Shown here: one piece after another, positions 1 through 11,382 of the stretch
Layout: every line of letters begins with the position of its first letter
Numbering within the stretch: the stretch's first letter is position 1
Assembly: GCF_044324785.1 (NCBI RefSeq)
Contig: NZ_CP172127.1
Origin: Escherichia coli
GTDB lineage: Bacteria; Pseudomonadota; Gammaproteobacteria; Enterobacterales; Enterobacteriaceae
Direction: 5' to 3' (one strand)
DNA length: 64,000 bases
The notes under the pieces: generated by a model
The model's database searches: none
What the model was told of the DNA's origin: nothing
The model's input: the letters and a program-made list of their open reading frames with translations, nothing else
Position numbers and translations under genes: made by a program

Positions 1-536
1 TGCGGGTTAGTGCACTTCGCGCCGTTCATAACGATAAAGTCTGGTTTGAAACCTGCCAGCTCTTCATCGCTCGGGCGAATAAACATGTTTTTGACAAAAT
101 GCGCCTGCCAGGCCACTTCGGTGATGAAACGGACGGAAAGACGAGTATCCGGGTTCGCACCACAGAAGGCGTCGACAACGAACAGACGTTTGCCGGAAAG
201 CTGTTTGGTCACCAGGCCTTTCAGATGCTGCCAGGTTTGCGGAGAGAGAGGTTTGTTATCGTTCTTACCTTTGCCTTTGTCTGCCCACCAGAAAGTATCG
301 CGAGTGGTATCGTCACGGACGATATACTTATCTTTTGGTGAACGACCGGTGAAGATCCCGGTATCGACGGCAACGGCACCCAGATTAGTTAACACCCCGC
401 GCTCATAACCTGTCAGGCTCGGATCGAGCTCTTCCTGATACAGCAGGTCGTAGCTTGGGTTGTAAACGATATCATGTACGTCACTGATACCATAAGCCTC
501 GAGTTCTTGCGGGGTCAAACCATTGTTAACGCGCAT
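1..536 (-). CDS. pckA: phosphoenolpyruvate carboxykinase (ATP), N-terminal part; gene runs off the window start
   Basis: Reverse-strand translation from ATG at 534-536 reads [20 protein letters not shown]...; SD-like ctaaggag just upstream (on - strand); not in the ORF track because there is no stop inside the window. Confidence 0.85.
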   Translation of the reverse strand, partial: MRVNNGLTPQELEAYGISDVHDIVYNPSYDLLYQEELDPSLTGYERGVLTNLGAVAVDTGIFTGRSPKDKYIVRDDTTRDTFWWADKGKGKNDNKPLSPQTWQHLKGLVTKQLSGKRLFVVDAFCGANPDTRLSVRFITEVAWQAHFVKNMFIRPSDEELAGFKPDFIVMNGAKCTNP

Positions 537-914
537 TTCACTGCTCCTTAGCCAATATGTATTGCCTGAATAGTAAAGTCTTTTTGGGGGTGTTAACCGC
601 GACAAGGCTCATAGATTTACGTATCTGGAGAAATTCATATTTGACAAAAAACTCCGTGATTCCTGTCACGAAACGGTTGCTATTATCGCAGAAATAGCAT
701 TTTAGGTGTGGAAAATGTTCTTAAAAGGTTAAATCTTGGTTTATATGGCGGGAATATTGTGAGTGGAATCGCATTCCTGAATGAAATTGATGCAAATTCA
801 ATCGGTAAAGTATCGATTCACCACGCTAACTTTTTTTGATTATTTTCTGAAAAAAGCAAAATACTACGGCCCGGATGCGATAATTAACCCACTTTTTGAT
901 TCTGGATAACTAAC

Positions 915-2639
915 ATGGATAACGTTGAACTTTCACCCGCAACACGCTGGGGGATGATTGCTACCGGATTACTTCAGGGGCTGGTTTGCTACCTGCTGAT
1001 CGCCTGGCTTGCCGGAAAAAATCACAGTTGGATTGTTTATGGCGTGCCTGCGACCGTCGCGTTTTCATCCGTTTTACTCTTCTCCGTGATCTCTTTTAAA
1101 CAGAAGCGCCTTTGGGGATGGCTGGCGCTGGTGTTTATTGCCACGCTGGGGATGAGCGGCTGGCTGAAGTGGCAAATTGATGGCATGAACCCCTGGAGAG
1201 CAGAAAAGGCGCTTTGGGATTTTGGCTGCTATCTGCTGCTGATGGCAATGTTGTTGCTACCGTGGATACAACAAAGCCTTCGCATCCGCAATGACAGTAG
1301 CCGCTATCGCTATTTTTACCAGTCAGTATGGCATAACGTACTTATATTACTGGTGATTTTTCTCGCCAATGGCCTGACATGGCTGGTACTTTTACTGTGG
1401 GGCGAGTTGTTTAAACTTGTTGGCATCACGTTTTTCAAAACGCTCTTTTTTGCAACCGACTGGTTTATTTATCTCACGTTAGGTCTGGTTACCGCACTGG
1501 CGGTGCTCCTCGCGCGTACACAGTCACGTTTAATCGACTCTATTCAAAAGTTGTTCACGTTAATCGCCACGGGGTTGCTGCCGTTAGTATCATTGCTAAC
1601 CCTGATGTTTATCATCACCCTGCCGTTTACGGGCCTGAGCGCGATTTCTCGCCACATTTCCGCCGCCGGGTTGCTGTTGACGCTGGCCTTTTTGCAATTG
1701 ATCTTAATGGCTATTGTCCGCGATCCGCAAAAATCGTCATTTCCCTGGACGGGGCCGTTGCGTTGCCTGATTAAAACCGCTCTGCTGGTTGCTCCGCTGT
1801 ATGTGTTCGCCGCCGCCTGGGCGTTATGGCTGCGGGTCGCTCAGTACGGCTGGACTGTCGATCGCTTGCAGGGCGCACTGGCGGTGCTGGTGTTACTGGT
1901 ATGGTCGCTGGGGTATTTTGTCAGTATCGTCTGGCGTAAAGGGCAAAACCCCCTTGTTCTTCAGGGCAAAGTGAACCTTGCGGTTTCGTTATTGGTGTTG
2001 GTAATACTGGTGCTTCTTAATTCTCCGGTGCTGGACAGTATGCGCATTAGCGTGAACAGTCATATGGCGCGTTATCAGAGTGGCAAAAACACGCCAGACC
2101 AGGTAACTATCTACATGCTCGAACAGAGCGGTCGCTATGGACGTGCGGCGCTTGAGTCGCTGAAAAGCGATGCTGAGTATATGAAAGACCCGAAACGTGC
2201 GCGGGATCTGCTGATGGCTTTTGATGGAGTACAACGTCTTCAGCAGCAGATATCGGAAAAAGCATTAGCAGATAATGTATTTATTGCCTCAGGTTCTGGA
2301 AAACCGGATACGATATTCTGGTCGGCAGTGATGAAAAATCGCTATAACGCAATGATATGCATTGAAAAAGATGCCTGCGTGCTGGTAGAGCAAGATCTGA
2401 ATAGTGATGGCAGGGCAGAGCGGATCCTCTTTGCCTTTGATGATGAAAGATACATTGTCTATGGCTTTGATCCTGACAAGAAAGAATGGCAAGAGCTTAC
2501 GATGAGTTTACTTCCGCGTGATATAACGAAAGAAAAATTACTCACAGCTGCGAAGGATGGAAAACTGGGAACGAAGCCTAAAGCGTGGCGCGATCTTGTA
2601 GTGGATGGTGAAAGGCTGGATGTGAATCTGAATGAGTGA
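915..2639 (+). CDS. yhgE: uncharacterised inner-membrane protein (574 aa), many hydrophobic segments
   Basis: ORF track 574 aa; position between pckA and hslO as in E. coli; hydrophobic N-terminal two thirds. Confidence 0.85.
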   Translation: MDNVELSPATRWGMIATGLLQGLVCYLLIAWLAGKNHSWIVYGVPATVAFSSVLLFSVISFKQKRLWGWLALVFIATLGMSGWLKWQIDGMNPWRAEKALWDFGCYLLLMAMLLLPWIQQSLRIRNDSSRYRYFYQSVWHNVLILLVIFLANGLTWLVLLLWGELFKLVGITFFKTLFFATDWFIYLTLGLVTALAVLLARTQSRLIDSIQKLFTLIATGLLPLVSLLTLMFIITLPFTGLSAISRHISAAGLLLTLAFLQLILMAIVRDPQKSSFPWTGPLRCLIKTALLVAPLYVFAAAWALWLRVAQYGWTVDRLQGALAVLVLLVWSLGYFVSIVWRKGQNPLVLQGKVNLAVSLLVLVILVLLNSPVLDSMRISVNSHMARYQSGKNTPDQVTIYMLEQSGRYGRAALESLKSDAEYMKDPKRARDLLMAFDGVQRLQQQISEKALADNVFIASGSGKPDTIFWSAVMKNRYNAMICIEKDACVLVEQDLNSDGRAERILFAFDDERYIVYGFDPDKKEWQELTMSLLPRDITKEKLLTAAKDGKLGTKPKAWRDLVVDGERLDVNLNE

Positions 2640-2701
2640 CAAAGCGCATCAGGTGTATTAGTCGTAAAATCCGGCAGAGCCCTCTCTGCCGGACATACTC
2701 A

Positions 2702-3580
2702 TTAATGAACTTGCGGATCTGCCGGAGACGCGTTGTTGCGGATTTCAGCAATATCCATCGCATTGAACAGATAGTGGTTACCGCAGTAATCGCAATGCAT
2801 GTCAATTTCGCCATCTTCCGCCAGGATACTATCGACTTCTTCATCCGGCAGCGTTTTTAGCGCGTCGGCGCAACGTTCACGCGAACAGGTGCATTTGAAC
2901 TCCACATCCTGCGGATCGTAAACCGTCACCTCTTCTTCGTGATACAAACGCCACAACACTTCGTTTGCCGGTAAGGTCAACAATTCTTCGGTTTTGATGG
3001 TTTCGGTTAGCGTTGCCAGGTGGTCAAAGTCGTCCTGCTGGGCATTTTGCGCAGGCATTACCTGCAACAACATTCCGCCTGCAGCCGGTTTGCCGTCTAC
3101 GTCGCCGGTGCGAATAAACAGGCGCGTCGGCAGCTGTTCAGAACGCATAAAGTAATCTTCCAGGCAGGCCGCCAGGGTATCACCTTCCAGACCCACCACG
3201 CCCTGATAGCGTTCGCCTTCGCTCGGGGTGATGGTGATCACCACGTAACCATTGCCGACCAGCGTTTTCAGGTCGGCATTTTCCGGAATTTCGCCCTGCA
3301 CGCGCGCCACACCGCGCATCTGCTGGTTGTTGTTACCGTTAATAACCGCCAGATTCATCGGACCGTCGCCTTGCAGCTGTACGGTGATATCACCATCAAA
3401 CTTCAGCGTAGCGGTTAACAGGCTGGTCGCAACCAGCAGTTCTGCCAGCACGTTTTTAACGGGCTGCGGATAATCGTGATTCTCAAGGATCTGTTGCAGG
3501 GTTTCCGAAACGGTTACCAGTTCGCCGCGAACGGCAAAGTTTTCAAACAGATAGCGATGTAATTGGTCATGTTGCGGCAT
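2702..3580 (-). CDS. hslO: Hsp33 redox-regulated chaperone
   Basis: ORF track (294 aa; start trimmed to MPQHDQ); C-terminal CxC...CxxC zinc centre (KCTCSRERC...HCDYCG). Confidence 0.93.
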   Translation of the reverse strand: MPQHDQLHRYLFENFAVRGELVTVSETLQQILENHDYPQPVKNVLAELLVATSLLTATLKFDGDITVQLQGDGPMNLAVINGNNNQQMRGVARVQGEIPENADLKTLVGNGYVVITITPSEGERYQGVVGLEGDTLAACLEDYFMRSEQLPTRLFIRTGDVDGKPAAGGMLLQVMPAQNAQQDDFDHLATLTETIKTEELLTLPANEVLWRLYHEEEVTVYDPQDVEFKCTCSRERCADALKTLPDEEVDSILAEDGEIDMHCDYCGNHYLFNAMDIAEIRNNASPADPQVH

Positions 3581-3604
3581 AATCATCTCTCTTGCAGGTG
3601 ACAG

Positions 3605-4006
3605 TTATTCACTGTCGCCGTGTTTAAATCGTAACAGGTCGCGGCGCTCTTTTTTGTCCGGGCGTCGGTCCGGGTGCGGCATGGTTAAGGCATTAAGTTT
3701 ACGTGCCAGCGCCATTTTTTCGCGTTTCTCTACACTTTCCGCAGTCTCTTCATACAGCAAGGCTGCCTCGCTGGCGGGGCGACGCTGTTCAGTAATCGCC
3801 TTTACAATCACCGTGCGTTCGTCATTTCCCTGGCGCAGAGTGAGCGTGGCATTCAGCTCGACGATTTTGCTCGGCTTGCTGCGCTGCCCGTTGTAATGCA
3901 CCTTACCGCCTTCAATCATTTCACGGGCCAGCGCGCGGGTTTTATAAAAACGGGCAGCCCATAGCCATTTATCCAGTCGAACCTCAACAGCAGGTTTTTC
4001 TTTCAT
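3605..4006 (-). CDS. hslR: Hsp15 ribosome-associated heat-shock protein (S4-like RNA-binding)
   Basis: ORF track 133 aa, basic C-terminal tail; immediately downstream of hslO on the same strand. Confidence 0.9.
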   Translation of the reverse strand: MKEKPAVEVRLDKWLWAARFYKTRALAREMIEGGKVHYNGQRSKPSKIVELNATLTLRQGNDERTVIVKAITEQRRPASEAALLYEETAESVEKREKMALARKLNALTMPHPDRRPDKKERRDLLRFKHGDSE

Positions 4007-4016
4007 GGCGTCTCCT

Positions 4017-4685
4017 TCACATTAGCGAGGGGATCAGGCGGCGGTAGTCATTCAGTGACGGATGGCGTTGATACTGTTTCTCGGCAATCCCGGAGTCAGG
4101 ATTAGTCACGCCGAGGCAGTAACGAATACCAAATTGCGCGGCAGCATCGAGAATCGCTTCGCTGTCATCAATAAACAGCGTTCTTTCAGCTTTCAGACCC
4201 GTAGCTTCGGCCACCGCATGCCATAACCGCTGATCCTCTTTCGGATAACCAAATGTGTGGGTGGAAAGTAATAAATCAAGGTGTGCGTCCAGACCGGTAT
4301 GCTCAAGTTTTACCGCCAGGTTGTGCGGATGAGCATTGGTGAGCAAAATTCGCTGCTTACCGCTGGCTTTCAGTGCCTCAAGAAACGGAATGGTATCTTC
4401 ACGCAGTACGGCGCGCGGTCCCATCTCGGTGGTCATCGCACAGATATCCAGACCCAGTTGCTCACTCCAGTAATCAAGACAGTACCAGTTTAGCGTATGC
4501 TGTACGTCGTGATATTGCTGGCGCATATATTCCATCGCTTCCTGTGGCGTAACCCCGTTTTTCGCGCCCCATGTTTCAGGCACCAGCTTTTGCCAGAAAT
4601 AGTTATCGAAGGCGAGGTCGAGCAACGTGCCGTCCATATCCAGCAGAACGGTATCTACGTCCTGCCAGGCAATGTTGATATGCAT
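4017..4685 (-). CDS. yrfG: HAD-superfamily phosphatase (GMP/IMP nucleotidase)
   Basis: ORF track 237 aa trimmed to internal ATG (MHINIAWQDVDTVLLDMDGTLLD, HAD motif I DxDGT). Confidence 0.88.
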   Translation of the reverse strand: MHINIAWQDVDTVLLDMDGTLLDLAFDNYFWQKLVPETWGAKNGVTPQEAMEYMRQQYHDVQHTLNWYCLDYWSEQLGLDICAMTTEMGPRAVLREDTIPFLEALKASGKQRILLTNAHPHNLAVKLEHTGLDAHLDLLLSTHTFGYPKEDQRLWHAVAEATGLKAERTLFIDDSEAILDAAAQFGIRYCLGVTNPDSGIAEKQYQRHPSLNDYRRLIPSLM

Positions 4686-4749
4686 GAGGGAAATCTCCAG
4701 AGTGAAGCAATTTGCGCGACAGGGTAGCATAACCTGCCGCGCAAACGTG

Positions 4750-6885
4750 TTATTCGATAAGGCTTTCTGAAGGGGTGATCAGTTGTGGGTTCAGGCAGCT
4801 TTCATAATAGGCCTGAATCTTCATCATGCGAGTACGATGACGCTGGTAACGCCGCCAGGCCTGTACGCCATTATAAATGGCGCTACCCAGCATCGTCAGT
4901 AGCAGCAGCGTGGTGCTGAGATAGCGCCACAGGCCGGAACGATCCGGGATCGGATGAAGGCCAATATGCTGCGTACCATTGGCGTCAGTGAAGATTTTTG
5001 TGACGATACCCTCGGCGTTAAACGGCGTATGCATCAGCATTTGTGCCAGTTTCTGGAAAGCGTTCCACTGTTCTTGCGGCGGGTAGTCGTAAAGTGATGC
5101 CGAAGGCCAGGGCTGATCAACAAAATCGCTGCCTTCGTCGCTGACAATCAGGAATCCACCGGGGGCGGGACTGTTTAGTGATTGTGCCGCTCGCGCCGTT
5201 TCATGCGTGATAAACGGCGCGGTGGAGGTTGCCACCAGGTTATCCAGTGATTCCGCACTCACCGGGCGTAATAACACATTCACGCCATCGAGTTTCCCAG
5301 CGTTGGCGCGTTTTACCAGCGCGTCCCAGTCTTTACTGTTGCCGAGATTGACCAGCGCATTTTTCAGTCGCACACAGTCATCTTTGGCAGAACATAGATC
5401 CGCTGTCTTCAGTACTATGTCGCCAAAATCATCAAGCAATACCATGCCGGATTTTTGAATTGCTGAACGTAATGAGGCGCTGACGCGAGATTCATCTTCC
5501 GGTTTAGGGTGCAGCTGGCGATTAACTGCTTCGGTCAATGCCGTCGCTTTGTTGACCAGTTCAGATTCTGGTAATGGCAATGAGCGGGCGTCATTCCAGA
5601 TGATCTGCGAGCAGTCAAACGGTAAAAAAGGTGAGTTGGTTTTCGCGCTCCAGGTACCGGAAGTGCGAATATTACACATTCCCGTACCGCTAATACGCAA
5701 TGTATCGCCAACCCGCACGCCAGCGTCAGCCAGTTGTTTCACGCTGGTGGCTTCAATGGTCTGCGCGCCTTTCATCCACGAGAGGGTGAATTTCAGCGGC
5801 ATATCCAGCGGGATCCAGAATAACAGCATAAACAGCACCAGTAGCGAGCCCGCAGCGATAATCGTACTGCGCAGCCAGTGCTGTAACGGAAAGTTTTTTA
5901 CTTCATCATGGAGCGAAAGATATCGCCCCTGACGCACTACGTGGCGGTCGAGATAGATATCGATATCGGTTTGTTGACCGAGATCCTGAGCAATGTATGG
6001 CTGCCAGTGTGCGGGGTAGACCAGGTCGATAATACCGAGTGAAATATTGTTGATCTGTTCCTGATCGTTTTCGCCAAACAATCCCCAACGACGGGGTGTA
6101 CCGCGCAGACAATGAATTTCCCGCAGGGAGGATTTTGCCGGGGGCGCGAATAGCCCCCACAGACCTGCGCCCAGCAGCAGTAACGCGCCGCCTGCCAGCC
6201 ACGGAACAAATACATCCGGGGTAATCAGGCAGAAAAAGAACATCAGGAATGAGGCGACAATCAGCAACGCTTCACGCAGCCCGCGCGGACGACTTAGCGC
6301 ATACTCTTCGTGCGTTTCTTTGCGAATATTGAGTAGCTCGATTTGCTCACTCTCTTCCCCGCGAATCGACGCCTGTGTTGACGGAACAGGTTGCAAGGCA
6401 TAGCCGCGAGTTTCCTGCATGTACTCCTGCAGCGTATGACCGTTGAGTGAAATAACCAGCGGCAGCGAATCGGTATGAATCAGTTCAACGGTATTCTCAT
6501 CGTTGATGTACTGTTCCCAGAAGGGGGGCAGGTGGACTTCTACCGAATCGAGGTAGTAACGCCATTTATTCGGATCGTCGGTAGAGATGCCGTAACGCGT
6601 GATAGCGTGTGTCAGCATCATGACGTTGTTGCTTTCGGCATTCAGCGCCAGAGAGATCGGTGCCGCGCTGGCTCCCGTTGGGCCAGGCACCTGTAATACC
6701 TGCGTCAGGCTCTCAAGATAATTTTCAACGGCGCTACGTTCTTCAGGTGTGAGTTTACGCGTTTGCGCATCCGCGAAGGCGTTGGTCCAGGGCAGCTGAC
6801 GCCGTCTGGATCGCACTTTTATCAGCCATCCCGCAAGTAGTGAGCAGGCCAGCAAAGCAGCTAAAAAAATCACAATGGTGCTCAT
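4750..6885 (-). CDS. igaA: IgaA/YrfF inner-membrane regulator of the Rcs phosphorelay
   Basis: ORF track 711 aa with N-terminal and internal transmembrane segments; conserved position. Confidence 0.9.
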   Translation of the reverse strand: MSTIVIFLAALLACSLLAGWLIKVRSRRRQLPWTNAFADAQTRKLTPEERSAVENYLESLTQVLQVPGPTGASAAPISLALNAESNNVMMLTHAITRYGISTDDPNKWRYYLDSVEVHLPPFWEQYINDENTVELIHTDSLPLVISLNGHTLQEYMQETRGYALQPVPSTQASIRGEESEQIELLNIRKETHEEYALSRPRGLREALLIVASFLMFFFCLITPDVFVPWLAGGALLLLGAGLWGLFAPPAKSSLREIHCLRGTPRRWGLFGENDQEQINNISLGIIDLVYPAHWQPYIAQDLGQQTDIDIYLDRHVVRQGRYLSLHDEVKNFPLQHWLRSTIIAAGSLLVLFMLLFWIPLDMPLKFTLSWMKGAQTIEATSVKQLADAGVRVGDTLRISGTGMCNIRTSGTWSAKTNSPFLPFDCSQIIWNDARSLPLPESELVNKATALTEAVNRQLHPKPEDESRVSASLRSAIQKSGMVLLDDFGDIVLKTADLCSAKDDCVRLKNALVNLGNSKDWDALVKRANAGKLDGVNVLLRPVSAESLDNLVATSTAPFITHETARAAQSLNSPAPGGFLIVSDEGSDFVDQPWPSASLYDYPPQEQWNAFQKLAQMLMHTPFNAEGIVTKIFTDANGTQHIGLHPIPDRSGLWRYLSTTLLLLTMLGSAIYNGVQAWRRYQRHRTRMMKIQAYYESCLNPQLITPSESLIE

Positions 6886-7204
6886 GCTTTCCCCATCTTA
6901 CTTAGTCTGTCAGGCGTGGTCAGTCGCACCGGACACAAAACATGATTCTGCGGTTGGCTATCGGCAAGCGTGGAGTTTAACTTGAGCATCATTAAGCACA
7001 TCACAGTAACCGCTGATCATAGCAAACCCTCTGAAGGCGGAATATCAGCAAATTCCTGGAGTTATTTCAACCTATTGACTTTTAATTTGATTTGAGGACG
7101 ATTATTTATTAAGTTACATAAATGTAAATAACATGCAATTCACATTGCCGAAAGCGTGTCCTATATCGCACAATAACCGCTGATTTCACAGCATAGATCC
7201 CACG

Positions 7205-7765
7205 ATGAGCAAATCATTACAAAAACCCACCATTCTGAATGTTGAAACTGTAGCCCGTTCCCGACTGTTTACCGTCGAAAGCGTGGATCTGGAGTTCAGC
7301 AATGGCGTGCGGCGTGTTTATGAACGAATGCGTCCAACCAACCGGGAAGCAGTGATGATTGTGCCGATTGTGGACGATCACCTGATCCTGATCCGCGAAT
7401 ACGCAGTGGGAACTGAATCCTACGAATTAGGTTTTTCGAAAGGATTAATTGATCCGGGTGAAAGCGTCTACGAAGCCGCTAACCGCGAGCTAAAAGAAGA
7501 GGTTGGATTTGGTGCGAACGATCTGACTTTTTTGAAGAAGCTCAGCATGGCACCGTCTTATTTTTCCAGCAAAATGAATATCGTGGTAGCGCAAGATCTC
7601 TACCCGGAATCGCTGGAAGGCGATGAGCCAGAGCCGCTACCACAGGTGCGCTGGCCGCTGGCGCATATGATGGATTTGCTGGAAGACCCTGATTTCAATG
7701 AAGCGCGCAATGTCAGTGCGCTTTTCCTCGTGCGCGAGTGGTTGAAAGGGCAGGGGCGAGTGTAA
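7205..7765 (+). CDS. nudE: Nudix hydrolase (ADP-sugar/ADP-compound pyrophosphatase)
   Basis: ORF track 186 aa; Nudix box GESVYEAANRELKEEVG. Confidence 0.92.
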   Translation: MSKSLQKPTILNVETVARSRLFTVESVDLEFSNGVRRVYERMRPTNREAVMIVPIVDDHLILIREYAVGTESYELGFSKGLIDPGESVYEAANRELKEEVGFGANDLTFLKKLSMAPSYFSSKMNIVVAQDLYPESLEGDEPEPLPQVRWPLAHMMDLLEDPDFNEARNVSALFLVREWLKGQGRV

Positions 7766-7846
7766 ATGCGTGAAGTTCGCCTGATGCACAATGTTTATCA
7801 GGCTTATGGGGTTTCTGCAATATATTGAGTTTTCACGATTTTGTTA

Positions 7847-7875
7847 GCCGGATAACGCGTTCACCCGTATCCGGC
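7847..7875. repeat. REP/PU-like palindromic unit between convergent nudE and mrcA
   Basis: gccggataacgcgttcacccgtatccggc: inverted arms GCCGGATA/TATCCGGC resembling the REP consensus. Confidence 0.6.
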
Positions 7876-7904
7876 ATAAACAAGTGCACTTTGTCAGCAA
7901 ACTT

Positions 7905-7928
7905 AAAAAGGCGCTGAAGCGCCTTTTT
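7905..7928. terminator. bidirectional rho-independent terminator hairpin (A5-stem-loop-T5)
   Basis: aaaaaggcgc tgaa gcgccttttt directly abutting the mrcA stop (7931-7933). Confidence 0.8.
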
Positions 7929-7930
7929 AA

Positions 7931-10483
7931 TCAGAACAATTCCTGTGCCTCGCCATTATCGATAATGGTCGTTCCCACCTCGTGCACCGCCTGTTGTGTC
8001 GGCTGCGTACCTTCGATGAAATACTCTTCGCGGCTGTTGCCACCATTAGCTAACTGCCCGGTGCTGCGATCGATATTCACCGTCACAATACCCGGCGGCG
8101 GCGTCAGCGGCTGCTCCGGCACACCTTCAAGAACGGCTTTCATATAAGCGTCCCATGCAGGCTGGGCACTCTTGGCACCGCCTTCGTAACCTGAGATCTG
8201 ATCTTTAATCGCTCCGGAAGCCGTTGTATGACCGAGATTACGACGGTGATCATCAAAGCCAATCCAGACCGAGGTCACAACGCCCGGACCGTAACCCGAA
8301 AACCACGCATCTTTCGAACTGTTAGTGGTACCGGTTTTCCCGCCGATATCGCGACGCTGCAAATCACGACCTGCACGCCAGCCAGTACCCTGCCAGCCTG
8401 GCTCACCAAAGATATTGGTGTTCAAAGCACTCTTAATCAGGAATGCCAGCGGAGTGTTGATGACGTGCGGCGCGTACTCCTGTGCGCCAGTCTTCGCCAC
8501 TAACGCCTGATTTGCCTGCTCCAGCTGCGGCATTGGTACAGAAACATTCTGCTGCTCGCGGGAGATAGCGACATCTTCAACATCGTTATTTTCCAGCACG
8601 TTCGATTTCTGCGTATCACCGTAAATCACCGGAATATCGCATTCCGGGCAGGCTACTTTCGGTTTCGCTTCGAAAATCACGCCGCCCTGATCGTTTTCAA
8701 TTTTGCTGATAAACCACGGGTCCACCAGGAAGCCGCCGTTCGCCATGACCGCGTAGCCGCGCGCCACCTGCATTGGGGTGAAGGACGCTGAACCCAGCGC
8801 CAGCGATTCGGTGTGGACAATGTTTTGCGCCGGGAAGCCGAAGCGTTGCAGATATTCTGCAGCGTAGTCGACGCCCATCGCCCGCATTGCGCGTACCATC
8901 ACCACGTTTTTCGACTGGCCCAGTCCCTGACGTAAGCGAATTGGACCGGCATACTGCGGTGGTGAGTTCTTCGGCTGCCAGTCAGAACCGGCACCTGCAT
9001 CCCAGCGGGAAATTGGCACATCGTTCAACATACTTGCCAGTGTCAGACCTTTATCCATCGCCGCGGTGTAGAGGAACGGTTTGATGTTGGAACCTACCTG
9101 ACGCAGTGCCTGGGTGGCGCGGTTAAACTTGCTCTGATTGAAATCAAAGCCACCGACCAGCGCCATAACGGCACCGTTTTGCGGATTGATCGACACCAGC
9201 GCCGAGTTCACTTCCGGCACTTGCGCCAGCCACCATGCATCGCCAACCTGACGAACCCAGATTTGCTGACCCGTTTGCAGAACATCGGTCACTTTACGCG
9301 GCGTCGGTCCCTGCTGAGTATCCGAACGGTAAGGACGCGCCCAGCGAACGCCTTCCATACTCAATACGACGGTCGACCCGTCCGCCAGCATCGCCGTCGC
9401 TTCCTGAGGATTGGCGCTGGTGACTGCGGCAGGCAGCAGCGGACCATAGGTCGGCAGCGCCTTCAACGTATCGGTAATCTTGTTGTTATCCCACGCCGAC
9501 TCGCCCACTTTCCACAGCACATTTGCCGGGCCGCGATAGCCGTGGCGCATGTCGTAGTCCAGCACGTTATTACGTACTGCCTGCTGTGCGGCCTGCTGTA
9601 CTTTGCGGGTGATGGTGGTGTAAATGCGATAACCGTCTTCATAGGCACTTTCGCCATAACGGTTATACATCTCCTGGCGCACCATTTCGCTCAGGTACGG
9701 CGCAGAGAAAGCAATCTCCGGCGCGTGATAGTTAGCGTTAATCGCCTCAGTGCGTGTCTGATCGAACTGTTGTTGGGTGATATACCCTTCATCCAGCATC
9801 CGCGACAGCACGACGTTACGCCGCGCGACGGCACGATCCATCGAGTAGAGCGGGTTGAAGGTGGAAGGCGCTTTCGGCAGCCCGGCTATCACCGCCATTT
9901 CGTTCAGCGTCAGTTGGTCGACCGTTTTACCGAAATAGACTTGTGCCGCAGCACCGACACCATAGGCGCGGTAACCGAGGTAAATCTTGTTCAGATAAAG
10001 CTCGAGGATCTCGTCTTTCGTCAGCAACTGTTCAATGCGAATCGCGAGGAAGACTTCCTTAATCTTACGCATCAGCGTGCGTTCTGGACTGAGGAAGAAG
10101 TTTCTCGCCAGCTGCTGGGTAATGGTACTCGCCCCTTGTGACGCGTGGCCGGAGAACAGCGCCACACTTGCCGCACGGAAGATCCCCACCGGGTCAACGC
10201 CGTGATGCTCGTAGAAGCGGCTGTCTTCCGTCGCGATAAAGGCTTTCACCATCTCCGGCGGGATTTGATCCAACGTAACCGGAATACGACGTTTCTCACC
10301 GTATTGAGCGATCAGCTCGCCATCGGCGCTGTAAATCTGCATCGGAATTTGCAGGCGAACATCTTTTAATGTCGCCACATCCGGCAGTTGTGGCTCGATG
10401 TAGCGGTATAGGCCATAAATCGAGCCTGCTCCCAGCAGAATGCAACAGACTGCAAGGATCAAAAAATACTTTACGAACTTCAC
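7931..10483 (-). CDS. mrcA: penicillin-binding protein 1A (bifunctional glycosyltransferase/transpeptidase)
   Basis: ORF track 858 aa; start placed at GTG giving VKFVKYFLILAV... (850 aa); transpeptidase SxxK and glycosyltransferase motifs present. Confidence 0.93.
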   Translation of the reverse strand: MKFVKYFLILAVCCILLGAGSIYGLYRYIEPQLPDVATLKDVRLQIPMQIYSADGELIAQYGEKRRIPVTLDQIPPEMVKAFIATEDSRFYEHHGVDPVGIFRAASVALFSGHASQGASTITQQLARNFFLSPERTLMRKIKEVFLAIRIEQLLTKDEILELYLNKIYLGYRAYGVGAAAQVYFGKTVDQLTLNEMAVIAGLPKAPSTFNPLYSMDRAVARRNVVLSRMLDEGYITQQQFDQTRTEAINANYHAPEIAFSAPYLSEMVRQEMYNRYGESAYEDGYRIYTTITRKVQQAAQQAVRNNVLDYDMRHGYRGPANVLWKVGESAWDNNKITDTLKALPTYGPLLPAAVTSANPQEATAMLADGSTVVLSMEGVRWARPYRSDTQQGPTPRKVTDVLQTGQQIWVRQVGDAWWLAQVPEVNSALVSINPQNGAVMALVGGFDFNQSKFNRATQALRQVGSNIKPFLYTAAMDKGLTLASMLNDVPISRWDAGAGSDWQPKNSPPQYAGPIRLRQGLGQSKNVVMVRAMRAMGVDYAAEYLQRFGFPAQNIVHTESLALGSASFTPMQVARGYAVMANGGFLVDPWFISKIENDQGGVIFEAKPKVACPECDIPVIYGDTQKSNVLENNDVEDVAISREQQNVSVPMPQLEQANQALVAKTGAQEYAPHVINTPLAFLIKSALNTNIFGEPGWQGTGWRAGRDLQRRDIGGKTGTTNSSKDAWFSGYGPGVVTSVWIGFDDHRRNLGHTTASGAIKDQISGYEGGAKSAQPAWDAYMKAVLEGVPEQPLTPPPGIVTVNIDRSTGQLANGGNSREEYFIEGTQPTQQAVHEVGTTIIDNGEAQELF

Positions 10484-10602
10484 TGGAAATTTCCCATTTA
10501 GTTTCATTTGGGCAGTTTATAAACAAACGCGCGGTAGTATAAAGGCAAGCCAGACGCATTGATATACCCGTCAGAGTGACGGGTGATAAGGAGATCATCA
10601 CA

Positions 10603-11382
10603 ATGGCATTTAAGATCTGGCAAATTGGTTTGCATTTACAACAGCAAGAAGCGGTAGCGGTTGCTATCGTGCGGGGCACAAAAGAATGCTTTTTGCAACG
10701 CTGGTGGCGGTTGCCGCTGGAGAACGACATAATCAAAGATGGGCGGGTTGTCGATGCACAGCGGCTGGCTAACACGTTGTTACCGTGGAGTCGCGAACTG
10801 CCGCAGCGTCATCACATTATGTTGGCATTTCCCGCCAGTCGCACATTACAGCGGTCATTTCCACGCCCGTCGATGTCCCTTGGTGAGCGGGAGCAAACGG
10901 CCTGGCTGTCCGGGACGATGGCCCGCGAGCTGGATATGGATCCGGACTCCCTGCGCTTCGATTACAGCGAAGACTCACTCAGTCCCGCCTATAACGTGAC
11001 TGCCGCGCAAAGCAAAGAGCTGGCAACGCTGCTTACTCTGGCAGAAAGGTTGCGTGTTCATGTTAGCGCGATCACCCCGGATGCCAGTGCATTACAGCGA
11101 TTCCTGCCTTTTTTACCTTCTCATCAGCAATGTCTGGCCTGGCGTGATAACGAACAGTGGCTGTGGGCGACGCGCTATAGCTGGGGGCGCAAACTGGCGG
11201 TGGGGATGACTAGCGCGAAGGAGCTGGCGGCAGCGTTATGCGTTGATCCCGAAAGCGTCGCGCTATGTGGCGAAGGCGGATTTGACCCCTGGGAGGCGGT
11301 TTCTGTTCGTCAGCCGCCGCTACCGCCGCCAGGTGGAGACTTTGCCATCGCGCTGGGGCTGGCGCTTGGGAAGGTGTACTGA
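10603..11382 (+). CDS. hofM: PilM/ComA-like type IV pilus assembly protein
   Basis: ORF track 268 aa trimmed to MAFKIWQIG; first gene of five overlapping ORFs. Confidence 0.85.
   Translation: MAFKIWQIGLHLQQQEAVAVAIVRGTKECFLQRWWRLPLENDIIKDGRVVDAQRLANTLLPWSRELPQRHHIMLAFPASRTLQRSFPRPSMSLGEREQTAWLSGTMARELDMDPDSLRFDYSEDSLSPAYNVTAAQSKELATLLTLAERLRVHVSAITPDASALQRFLPFLPSHQQCLAWRDNEQWLWATRYSWGRKLAVGMTSAKELAAALCVDPESVALCGEGGFDPWEAVSVRQPPLPPPGGDFAIALGLALGKVY

Noticed and set aside
10-408. 132-aa ORF on the + strand at the window start
   Set aside because: It lies antisense to the pckA coding region (clear PckA N-terminus on the - strand).
9179-10141. Long antisense ORFs inside well-supported genes (320 aa opposite mrcA; also 37678-38673 opposite nirB, 61067-62653 opposite fusA, 24491-25315 opposite yhfW/php, 27706-28347 opposite yhfS, 19986-20663 opposite trpS, 29508-30068 opposite frlD)
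   Set aside because: Each lies entirely antisense to a conserved gene with clear motifs; the translations are biased towards R/V/H/Q and have no start context. They are typical of spurious open frames in GC-rich coding DNA.
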